Source: an uncultured Bacteroidales bacterium (lineage in GTDB: Bacteria; Bacteroidota; Bacteroidia; Bacteroidales; ML635J-15). Taken from it: a stretch of 56,132 bases of DNA. Shown here piece by piece: positions 43,108 to 51,026 of this stretch. A program made the position numbers and the translations under genes. Each line of letters starts with the position of its first letter. The first letter of the stretch is position 1. The DNA is taken from the NCBI GenBank assembly GCA_964426585.1, contig CAYRQZ010000005.1:1-56132 (forward strand), in the 5' to 3' direction. The notes under the pieces were generated by a model. It did not search any database and was not told the DNA's origin. It saw only the letters and a list, made by a program, of their open reading frames with translations.

Positions 43108-43773
43108 ATGAAGAAAATTCTATTGATTAGCTTAGCTATAATATTTGCAAGCTCAATATTTGCACAAAAAATTGAAGTAAAAGAAGTAAGTGGCAAATTT
43201 CGTAACGGAAATCAAAATGCTCTTTCAACTTATGTTTATCACAGTAATTTAAAAACAGTACAGAAAGAGTTTCAGAATTTGCTAAAATCATACAAAGGGA
43301 AAGTTTCTACAAAAAAAGGCGAAATGATTGGTGATGATTTGTTAATTCCTTCGGTAAGCAATAACACTATCGATGTTTATGCATATTTTGTCGACACCAA
43401 AGATGGAGCTGTCGAAGTTATTGCTGGTTTTGATTTAGGCGGTGCTTATCTTTCCTCATCAATGCACCAAGAGCAATATGCTAGGGTAGTTCAAATTATA
43501 AGAGAATTTTCTTTAAAAATTACCGAAAAGGCTTATGCAGATTATATTAAAGGCGAGGCTAAAAATTTAACATCAGCAAAAAAAGCTCACGAAAAAATGC
43601 TAAAAGAAAGAACGAATCTTGAAAAACAAAACCAGGATTTTAAAAAGAAAATTGAGCAAAACGAAAAAGAAATTGAAAAAATGGGAAAGAAAATTGATGA
43701 CAACGCTTCTAAACTAAAAGAAATGGAATCTGAGTTTGATAAACTTAAAAAAGCAGAGTCAAAAATTAAATAA
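43108..43773 (+). CDS. Hypothetical secreted protein with C-terminal Lys/Glu-rich coiled coil (221 aa)
   Basis: Signal peptide ...SSIFAQ and heptad-like KKAHEKMLKERTNLEKQNQDFKKKIEQNEKEIEKMGKKI. TATTTTTG box at 43058-43065. Confidence 0.6.
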   Translation: MKKILLISLAIIFASSIFAQKIEVKEVSGKFRNGNQNALSTYVYHSNLKTVQKEFQNLLKSYKGKVSTKKGEMIGDDLLIPSVSNNTIDVYAYFVDTKDGAVEVIAGFDLGGAYLSSSMHQEQYARVVQIIREFSLKITEKAYADYIKGEAKNLTSAKKAHEKMLKERTNLEKQNQDFKKKIEQNEKEIEKMGKKIDDNASKLKEMESEFDKLKKAESKIK

Positions 43774-43782
43774 ATAAAAATT

Positions 43783-43811
43783 AAGGCTGTCAATTTTGGC
43801 AGCCTTTTTTT
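43783..43811. terminator. Bidirectional terminator between the hypothetical gene and msrBA
   Basis: AAGGCTGTC-aatttt-GGCAGCCTT followed by T7. Confidence 0.65.
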
Positions 43812-43812
43812 A

Positions 43813-44679
43813 TTAAAATTTCTTTTGATAGAAATGACAATAAGGACGAGCTCCCGATTTTTTATAATAATTTTGATGATAATCTTCTGCAACAAAAAAC
43901 TCACTAGCAGGAATTAATTCTGTAACTACTTCGTAAGATTTTTCTCGTAAGATATTAATTAACTTTTCGCTTATAAGTTTTTGCTCGTTATTTGTATAAA
44001 AAATTGCAGACCTATATTGATTGCCAAGATCAGGTCCTTGACGATTTAACTGCCCAGGATCATGAATTTCAAAAAATATTTTTGCTAATTCTTCAAAATT
44101 AATTTTAGTTTTATCGAATACAATTTTTATAGCTTCAGCATGTCCTGTATCTAAATTACAAACGTCTTCATAAGTAGGATTTTTTGTTTTTCCGCCAATA
44201 TAACCGACCTGGGTTTCTAAAACGCCATCAAGTATAGCTAAATGGTGTTGCACTCCCCAAAAACACCCACCTGCAAAAATTGCTGTTTCAAACTTTGACT
44301 GCAACTTTGGCTGAGGTTCAGCCTTAAAATATAAAGAAATAGAATTTACGCAATGTCTTATATTTTTTGGTGTAAAGCCTTCGTTTTCAAAAACATGACC
44401 TAAATGAGCCGAACAATTTGAACATAAAATTTCTGTTCTAAAGCCGTCAGCATCAGGAATGCGTTTTATAGCTCCTAGTATTTCATCATCAAAAGCGGGC
44501 CAACCACATTTGGCATCAAATTTATCTTTTGAACTATATAAAGCAGCTCCACATTGTTTGCAAAAATAAGTACCTTCAGAAAAATGTTTGTCGTATTTTC
44601 CACTAAAAGGAGCTTCTGTTCCTTTATTAATTATTACACGTTTTTCAGCTTCACTGAGAGTATTCAAGTTTTGTTTCAT
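43813..44679 (-). CDS. msrAB: Bifunctional methionine sulfoxide reductase MsrB-MsrA fusion
   Basis: N-terminal MsrB (CKQCGAALY, CGWPAF, CSNCSAHLGHVF, RHCVNS). C-terminal MsrA (GGCFWGVQ, GHAEAIKIVFD, YRSAIFY). Confidence 0.9.
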   Translation of the reverse strand: MKQNLNTLSEAEKRVIINKGTEAPFSGKYDKHFSEGTYFCKQCGAALYSSKDKFDAKCGWPAFDDEILGAIKRIPDADGFRTEILCSNCSAHLGHVFENEGFTPKNIRHCVNSISLYFKAEPQPKLQSKFETAIFAGGCFWGVQHHLAILDGVLETQVGYIGGKTKNPTYEDVCNLDTGHAEAIKIVFDKTKINFEELAKIFFEIHDPGQLNRQGPDLGNQYRSAIFYTNNEQKLISEKLINILREKSYEVVTELIPASEFFVAEDYHQNYYKKSGARPYCHFYQKKF

Positions 44680-44719
44680 AAAAAAATTAAAAAAGCTTAT
44701 ATATTAGATAAAACTAAAT

Positions 44720-45280
44720 TTACACCGTCATTATTTCTTTTTCTTTATTGCTAATTACGAGGTCTACTTTTTTAATAAACTCTTCGTGATTTTTATGAAC
44801 TTCTTGTTCTGCACTTTTAGCTTGATCTTCAGAAAGTCCGTCTTTTTTTAGCTTTTTAAATTCTTCAATCGCATCACGCCTTTGGTTTCTAATAGCAACT
44901 TTTGCATTTTCACCTAAAACTTTTACTTGTTTAACTAATTGCAAACGTCTTTCTTCGGTCAAAGGTGGTACCAATATTCTGATTACTTCGCCATTATTAG
45001 CAGGGTTAAAGCCTAAATTAGCAGCCATAATAGCTTTTTCAATCACAGGGATAACATTTTTATCCCAAGCTTGAATAAAAATAGTTTTTGCATCTGGGCA
45101 AGTAATATTTGCCACCTGCGAAATTGGAGAAACAACTCCATAATAATCAACTCTAACACTATCCAACATAGCCGGATTAGCTTTTCCAGCCCTAATCTTT
45201 GTTAATTCTTTTGCCAAATGTTCGAGTGCTGCTTCCATTCCCTCGTTTGCCGCTTCGCTATATAATTCTAATTCTTCCAT
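44720..45280 (-). CDS. frr: Ribosome recycling factor
   Basis: LTKIRAGKANPAMLD, VPPLTEERR and RNQRRDA motifs. 186 aa. Confidence 0.93.
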   Translation of the reverse strand: MEELELYSEAANEGMEAALEHLAKELTKIRAGKANPAMLDSVRVDYYGVVSPISQVANITCPDAKTIFIQAWDKNVIPVIEKAIMAANLGFNPANNGEVIRILVPPLTEERRLQLVKQVKVLGENAKVAIRNQRRDAIEEFKKLKKDGLSEDQAKSAEQEVHKNHEEFIKKVDLVISNKEKEIMTV

Positions 45281-45295
45281 ATTTCAATTTTTATC

Positions 45296-46006
45296 TTAAT
45301 TTTCAATTATTGTACCAATCTTTTCGCCATTAATAACTTTTTCTAAATTGCCTTTAGAATCCATATCAAAAACAAGTACAGGCATATTATTTTCTTTGCA
45401 CATTGTAAAAGCAGTTAAGTCCATTACTTTAAGTTTTCTTTCATAAACCTCGTCAAAACTTATTTTATCAAATTTTGTGGCTTTATGATTTTTTTCGGGG
45501 TCATCAGAATAAACGCCGTCAACACGAGTTCCTTTCAAAAAAACATCAGCTTCAATTTCTATTGCCCGCAATGCAGAAGCCGAGTCGGTAGAAAAGTATG
45601 GATTTCCTGTGCCTCCTGAAAAAATACAGACATAAGCAGAATTTAAAGCTTCCATAACCAAAGGCTTTGCATATCTTTCGCCTATTGAGGCAATACTTAG
45701 CGAAGTAAAAACTTTTGTTTTAACTCCAATAGATTCAAGAGCCGACTGTAATGCTAAAGAATTTATAACAGTAGCCAACATTCCCATTTGGTCGCCTTTT
45801 ACCCGATCAAAACCTTTAGCCGAACCCGACAAACCTCTGAAGATATTCCCTCCGCCAATAACTATACCTATTTGAATACCTTTTTCAGAAATTGTTTTTA
45901 TCTGTTCGGCATATTCTATTAATCTGGCCTCATCAAAACCTTGTTTCTTATCCCCTGCAAGGGATTCGCCACTCAATTTTAACAATATCCTATTATATTT
46001 TCGCAT
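45296..46006 (-). CDS. pyrH: UMP kinase
   Basis: ILLKLSGESL, GGGNIFRG, GGTGNPYFSTDSASALRA and VDGVYSDDP motifs. Confidence 0.93.
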   Translation of the reverse strand: MRKYNRILLKLSGESLAGDKKQGFDEARLIEYAEQIKTISEKGIQIGIVIGGGNIFRGLSGSAKGFDRVKGDQMGMLATVINSLALQSALESIGVKTKVFTSLSIASIGERYAKPLVMEALNSAYVCIFSGGTGNPYFSTDSASALRAIEIEADVFLKGTRVDGVYSDDPEKNHKATKFDKISFDEVYERKLKVMDLTAFTMCKENNMPVLVFDMDSKGNLEKVINGEKIGTIIEN

Positions 46007-46089
46007 AATAAAGCATTTTGTTCACAAAAATAAACAATTTACTGTTAAATAAAATATTTTGTTTATATAAATATATTAAAACAAGATTA

Positions 46090-46097
46090 TAAATTTG
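46090..46097 (+). promoter_or_regulatory. Bacteroidota -7 box (TAAATTTG)
   Basis: TAnnTTTG match 17 nt upstream of ATG 46114. Confidence 0.45.
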
Positions 46098-46113
46098 CAT
46101 GTAAATATTTAAA

Positions 46114-46926
46114 ATGATTAATTTAATTTTTTCTAATACCGATAGCGAAAGACTTTTGATTTTAGCAGAACTTAATCAAAAAATTTCAAAATTAATTGAA
46201 GATGAAATTGGTATAAGCGAAAATCAGATTTCAAAAATTGAAAAATATTTTGATATTTTTGAAAAATTAAAAAGTTTTGAAGATTTTGTAAAATCACAGC
46301 AAGAAAAAGAAGATAAAGAGTTTGCTGAAATATTTAATAAAGCTAAAATATTTGTTGTTCATTATTTTAAATCTCTTTTTATGGCAATAGAAAGAGGCGA
46401 ATTAACTCCTCAAACGGCAAATTATTACGGCTTAAACTATCCTTTTGAAATTCCTAATCCAAAAAATGCAGACGAATTATTAGAAATTGCCGAAACTTTA
46501 TTTAATTCAGATGCAATGCGAATAGGTTCTGGGGGCAAATATTTTGTTAATCCTGCCATTGGAACAGTTAAAGTGTGGGTAGAAAAATTTCAAGAAGCAT
46601 GGCAAATAAAAAAATCTAAGTTTATTGTAAAAAAAGCAGAAGTAGAAAATATTGATAAAATACGCTTAGATACCGACCAGCTTATTTATGAGCTTTTTGA
46701 GCTTTTAAATTCAAGTTTTGAAGCTATTGAAACGGAAGAAAGAGTGCAACTTTTTGCAGAATATGGACTTAAAGTAGAATACAACGCCCATTTTGATAAA
46801 ATTGAAAATATAGAAACCGACAATACAAAACCGGAAACTTTTGAAGGAACAATAGAAACAAAAAAAGATAAAAGAAATTCCGGCAAAACAGATTGCAATC
46901 AACTAAAATTTGATTTGTTTTTTTAA
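46114..46926 (+). CDS. Hypothetical protein (270 aa)
   Basis: Long ORF with its own -7 box. No signal peptide and no motif recognised. Confidence 0.6.
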   Translation: MINLIFSNTDSERLLILAELNQKISKLIEDEIGISENQISKIEKYFDIFEKLKSFEDFVKSQQEKEDKEFAEIFNKAKIFVVHYFKSLFMAIERGELTPQTANYYGLNYPFEIPNPKNADELLEIAETLFNSDAMRIGSGGKYFVNPAIGTVKVWVEKFQEAWQIKKSKFIVKKAEVENIDKIRLDTDQLIYELFELLNSSFEAIETEERVQLFAEYGLKVEYNAHFDKIENIETDNTKPETFEGTIETKKDKRNSGKTDCNQLKFDLFF

Positions 46927-47003
46927 ATAAAAACTTTTCATTTGCCCGATTTGTTTGACCAGCTACTTTGGAAAAATTTCATTTTGTCTTCGAGAAATAT
47001 CTA

Positions 47004-48299
47004 CTAACAACAAATTTCGTTTAAATATTTTGCTAATATTTTGGTTTGATTTTCTACGCTATAAGACTCAATCTTTGTGGCAGTCCCGAAATTTGAGTTT
47101 TTTAAATATTTTTCAAAAATTTCTAGCAAATAAGTTTTAATTTTTTCGTAATCGTCATATTCAAAAGATTTTCCTGCATTTGAGTTTTGAATAATCTTAG
47201 AGACATCGCTATTTTGAGGTCCTAAGCATAAAATAGGTCTATTTGCACGCAAATTTTCGAATAATTTTCCGGGGATTCTTCCTTTTGCATTATTAGCAAT
47301 ATTTAGAGGTAAAAATAAAAGCTGAGCTTTTTGTGTTAACTCAATAGCTTGCGGTCGAGAAATATTTCCAAGGGCTTGATAATTTTCTTCCAAACCTGCT
47401 TTTATTATCATTTCTTTTATGGAATAATCAACTATTCCTGCGAATTTAATTTTTAAAGCTTTTCCGAATTGAGTATTTTCCTTTTTTAAATCGCTTAAAA
47501 CTTTAATAAAAGTTGTAGGTAAGCGGTCGTAGCCGAGCTGTCCGGCGTGAATAATGCTAAACTCGTTATCAAAACTATTAATTTTTATTTTAAAATCATT
47601 TTCATCGTAGCCCCAGTAAATTACATCAACATTTTTACCGCCAATTTTTTCCAAATCTTTTTTCCAAGTTGGGCTAACAATAGTTGTTTTCTTAGCAGTT
47701 TTAAAAGCTTCTTGCTCTAATTTATGATGAATTTTATTGGCAAACTTTCCAATTTTCAACATTTCGTAATAATCTACCTGGGTCCACGGGTCTTGAAAAT
47801 CCATAAGCCAAGGTATTCCTGTAGCTTTAGAAAGTTTCATGCCAATAACAGTGTTAGTATGAGGCGGTCCATCTGTAAAAATAGCATCTACAGGGTTTTC
47901 TTTTAAATATTTTTTCAGAAAACGCAAAGAAGGTTTTATCCAAAATTTACGTGCGTCAGGAATAAAAAAATTTCCTCTTATCCAGATTGCAATTTTATCA
48001 ATTAGACTTTGCTTTCGGTCTCTAACGTAAACCGGGTTTGCAGAATCTGTTTTTTTTCTACCCGAAATTTTCTTAAAAATATCAAAAGGTTCAAAAATTT
48101 TAGTTTTTAAAATTGTAATATTTTCGGGTATATGTTCAAAATTTGTATTGTCGAAATAAGGATATTGAGCATTTTTAGGTGCATAAATCACAGGTTCCCA
48201 ACCAAATTGCTGCAAATATTTAGCAAATTTGAGGCAACGATGAACACCAATTCCGCCTGAGGGTGGCCAATAATATGTTATTATTAATACTTTTTTCAC
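47004..48299 (-). CDS. GT-B fold glycosyltransferase (GT4/group 1-like, 431 aa)
   Basis: N-terminal KKVLIITYYWPPSGGIGVHR. C-terminal ...GKLFENL region typical of GT4 E-x7-E-like motifs. GTG start. Confidence 0.7.
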   Translation of the reverse strand: MKKVLIITYYWPPSGGIGVHRCLKFAKYLQQFGWEPVIYAPKNAQYPYFDNTNFEHIPENITILKTKIFEPFDIFKKISGRKKTDSANPVYVRDRKQSLIDKIAIWIRGNFFIPDARKFWIKPSLRFLKKYLKENPVDAIFTDGPPHTNTVIGMKLSKATGIPWLMDFQDPWTQVDYYEMLKIGKFANKIHHKLEQEAFKTAKKTTIVSPTWKKDLEKIGGKNVDVIYWGYDENDFKIKINSFDNEFSIIHAGQLGYDRLPTTFIKVLSDLKKENTQFGKALKIKFAGIVDYSIKEMIIKAGLEENYQALGNISRPQAIELTQKAQLLFLPLNIANNAKGRIPGKLFENLRANRPILCLGPQNSDVSKIIQNSNAGKSFEYDDYEKIKTYLLEIFEKYLKNSNFGTATKIESYSVENQTKILAKYLNEICC

Positions 48300-48334
48300 A
48301 AAACAAAATTAAAAAAATAAAACTTTCAATAAAA

Positions 48335-49423
48335 TTATAAATCTACAATTTGTCTTGGATATTCAAATCCATTATATTCTTTAGCCGAAGAAATATAAGC
48401 TCCTGCAGGGTCAACGCACAAGATATCACCTTTTTTTATTGATTTTGGGAGCCAAACATTATATGAAAACACGTCATGTGTGTCGCAACTTGGTCCGCAG
48501 ACGACAAACTCTGCTAATTCACAATTTTTACTTTGTTTTTCAGCTTTAATATTATAAGTTAGCCCGCTTAAAATCCAATAAAAGCCTTGAAAGATTCCAG
48601 AATCAACAAATATCCAAGTTTTATTATTTCTTTTAATTTTTTCAATAATTTTTACATATAAAATTCCGGCATAAGCAAGCAAAAAAGAGCCGGGTTCAGC
48701 AATTACGCTAATATTTTGAGAACGCCATTTATTAAGAAAAGGCAAAATTATCTTGGCTATTTTCTCTAAATTTTCTTTTCCGTTATCTTTATGTGCAGGA
48801 AAACCCGAACCAATATTTACAAACTTAGGTTTTTGTGAATTAATAATTAATTCCTCAATAATAGAATCAATATAAGCATAAACTTTTTGCCAATTTTCAA
48901 AATTAGCATTATTCCAGCCTAAATGAAAACTAAAACCGAGTGGATTTAGCCCTAATTTTTGAGAAATTTTAATTAATTCAAACAAAATAGTTTTAGAACA
49001 ACCGAATTTCTTTGTAAGCTCCCATTCGGCTCCTTGGTTACTAATATTTAAACGAAAATAAACGGCTGAATTTGGTGCAAATTTTGCAATTTTTTCGACT
49101 TCTATTTTGCTATCTAAACCAAAAGTTTTTACGCCTAAGTTATAAGCTTTTAAAATATTTTCATCAGCTTTTACAGGGTTTCCGTAGAAGACATTTTCGG
49201 GATTTATTCCTAAGTTTGTTAATTTTTCAATTTCGGAAATAGCACCGACTTCAAAATTTACGGCTAAAGATTTTAAATTTTCTAAAAGTTTATTATCCGA
49301 ATTTACCTTTATTGGATAAAATATTTCGGAATTTTTAAAAGCTAAAATTTCTGTAAAATATTTTAAATTGTCAGCAACAGCTTTAAGTGAAAGTTTTATA
49401 TATGGAGTTTTACTTATTTTCAT
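48335..49423 (-). CDS. Type III (alanine racemase fold) PLP-dependent decarboxylase, ornithine/lysine/DAP decarboxylase-like (362 aa)
   Basis: YPIKVNS (PLP Lys), FGLDS, KFGC, SFHLGWN, IGSGFP, AEPGSFLL, VCGPSCDTHD and AGAYISSAKEYNGFEYP align with ODC family landmarks but with several substitutions. 14-nt overlap with the upstream DAHPS-CM gene. Confidence 0.75.
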   Translation of the reverse strand: MKISKTPYIKLSLKAVADNLKYFTEILAFKNSEIFYPIKVNSDNKLLENLKSLAVNFEVGAISEIEKLTNLGINPENVFYGNPVKADENILKAYNLGVKTFGLDSKIEVEKIAKFAPNSAVYFRLNISNQGAEWELTKKFGCSKTILFELIKISQKLGLNPLGFSFHLGWNNANFENWQKVYAYIDSIIEELIINSQKPKFVNIGSGFPAHKDNGKENLEKIAKIILPFLNKWRSQNISVIAEPGSFLLAYAGILYVKIIEKIKRNNKTWIFVDSGIFQGFYWILSGLTYNIKAEKQSKNCELAEFVVCGPSCDTHDVFSYNVWLPKSIKKGDILCVDPAGAYISSAKEYNGFEYPRQIVDL

Positions 49424-50459
49424 CGAAAATTTTATTTTGCCTTAAAATAGATTCTTTATGTATCATTTGCAAAATTTTAAGTAAAAACTCTTGATTAATA
49501 TTGTCGGGGTTTGCATATTTAAGGCGAGACTCAACAATAGTTTTCCACCTTTCCAATTGCAAAATAGTAATATTATTTTGTATTTTAAGTTTTCCTATTT
49601 CGTCAACTAATTTAAACCTATGTTCCAACATATCAATAAGTTGAAAGTCTATTGCGTCAATTTTTTCGCGAAAATCATTTAATTTATTTTGAAAATCAGA
49701 ATTAGTCGAAAAAGATTTTCTAAAATTTAGTTTAGAAATAATATTTGCAAGCTCGGCAGGTTTAATTTGTTGTTCTTTATCGCTAAGAGCAATTTGTGGA
49801 TTATAATGAGTTTCGACCATTATTCCACACATATTCAAATCTATGGCTCTTTGCGAAATTTCGCTAATATATTCAGGTTTTCCGGCAATATGGCTAGGGT
49901 CGCAAATAATTTTTACTTGTGGAAAACGTCTTGCAAGCTCTATAGGAATTTCCCAGCGCGGGATATTTCTTAAATAAGTTTTTTCGTAAGGATAAAAACC
50001 CCGATGAATTGCATAAACGCTTTTTACACCGGCTACTAAAAATCTTTCTATAGCTCCTATCCAAAGTTCTATATCGGGGTGAATAGGATTTTTTACAAAA
50101 ACTTGAATATCTTTTTTATCACAGGCCGACACAATTTCTTGCACAGAAAACGGATTTGCAACAGTTCTTGCTCCAAGCCAAAAAGCATTTAAGCCATGTT
50201 TAAAAATTTTTTCTATATGAGTTGCACAACCAGCTTCAGTAATTGCAGGTATTCCAAACTCAGTTTGAACTTTATTAAGCCAAACCAAAGCCTTGCTACC
50301 AGCTCCCTCAAAACTGCCGGGTCGAGTTCGTGGTTTCCAAACTCCTGCACGAAAAAAATCAGGTTTTAGGCTATTGCTAAGTTCAAAAGCTGTTTGCAAA
50401 ACCTGTTCCTCAGACTCAGCACTACAAGGACCAGCAATAATGGTAAAATCTTCACACAT
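49410..50459 (-). CDS. Bifunctional 3-deoxy-7-phosphoheptulonate synthase (type I-beta) / chorismate mutase (C-terminal CM_2)
   Basis: IIAGPCSAESEEQ, FRAGVWKPRTRPGSFEG and CDPSHIAG motifs. C-terminal LNDFREKIDAIDFQLIDMLEHRFKLVDEIGKLK. Start set at ATG 50459. The ORF-track 50468 is a TTG inside a minus-strand TATCTTTG box (50466-50473). Confidence 0.88.
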   Translation of the reverse strand: MCEDFTIIAGPCSAESEEQVLQTAFELSNSLKPDFFRAGVWKPRTRPGSFEGAGSKALVWLNKVQTEFGIPAITEAGCATHIEKIFKHGLNAFWLGARTVANPFSVQEIVSACDKKDIQVFVKNPIHPDIELWIGAIERFLVAGVKSVYAIHRGFYPYEKTYLRNIPRWEIPIELARRFPQVKIICDPSHIAGKPEYISEISQRAIDLNMCGIMVETHYNPQIALSDKEQQIKPAELANIISKLNFRKSFSTNSDFQNKLNDFREKIDAIDFQLIDMLEHRFKLVDEIGKLKIQNNITILQLERWKTIVESRLKYANPDNINQEFLLKILQMIHKESILRQNKIFDENK

Positions 50460-50585
50460 AATTGACAAAGATAAAAATTAATTTTTACATAAGTGCCAAC
50501 TAAATTATTCTCCAAAAAGAAAACTACTAAAAAAGAAACTACCCAATAACACAAAATTATTATTTGGAATTAGTTTAAATAAAAT

Positions 50586-50593
50586 TAACTTTG
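50586..50593 (+). promoter_or_regulatory. Bacteroidota -7 box (TAACTTTG)
   Basis: TAnnTTTG match 17 nt upstream of ATG 50610. Confidence 0.45.
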
Positions 50594-50609
50594 CATAAAA
50601 TTTTAAATA

Positions 50610-50975
50610 ATGAATTTTTTAAGATTAAAAATCTTTCGTCTTATTTTATTAGCCATATTTTTGATTTATTTCATCAGTAGTTCATTATTTACACATGTTC
50701 ACGAAGTAAACGGTATATTAATTTCACATTCTCATTTTTTTAATCCATTTAAGCAGCCCGACCCAAAAGGAGAAACACACCACCATAGCCAAAAAGAATT
50801 GGTTCTTATTGACATTTTAAATCACGCATTATTAGCATGTATCAGTATTTTTGGTTTGTTTTTCAATATAAAGCTAATTTTGAAAAATATTAATTTTAGA
50901 AATATTTTTCAAAATTTTTATCATTTATTTTTATTAGACACTCAAAATTTAAGAGCACCTCCTCATAAAAATTAA
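50610..50975 (+). CDS. Small His-rich membrane protein (121 aa, two predicted TM segments)
   Basis: TM1 LILLAIFLIYFISSSLF, then THVHEVNGILISHSHFFNPFKQPDPKGETHHHSQ, then TM2 ALLACISIFGLFFNI. Lies 51 nt upstream of the TonB-dependent receptor. Confidence 0.6.
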   Translation: MNFLRLKIFRLILLAIFLIYFISSSLFTHVHEVNGILISHSHFFNPFKQPDPKGETHHHSQKELVLIDILNHALLACISIFGLFFNIKLILKNINFRNIFQNFYHLFLLDTQNLRAPPHKN

Positions 50976-51026
50976 TAAGAAACGAGATTTAAGAATTCAA
51001 GACTTATATTATTAAATTAAATTTTT

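Noticed and set aside
46686-47140. Short ORFs 46686-46898 (-), 46711-46902 (-) and 46955-47140 (+)
   Set aside because: They are antisense to, or overlap, the better-supported 46114-46926 and 47004-48299 genes, and their sequences are low-complexity Phe/Ser/Ile-rich.
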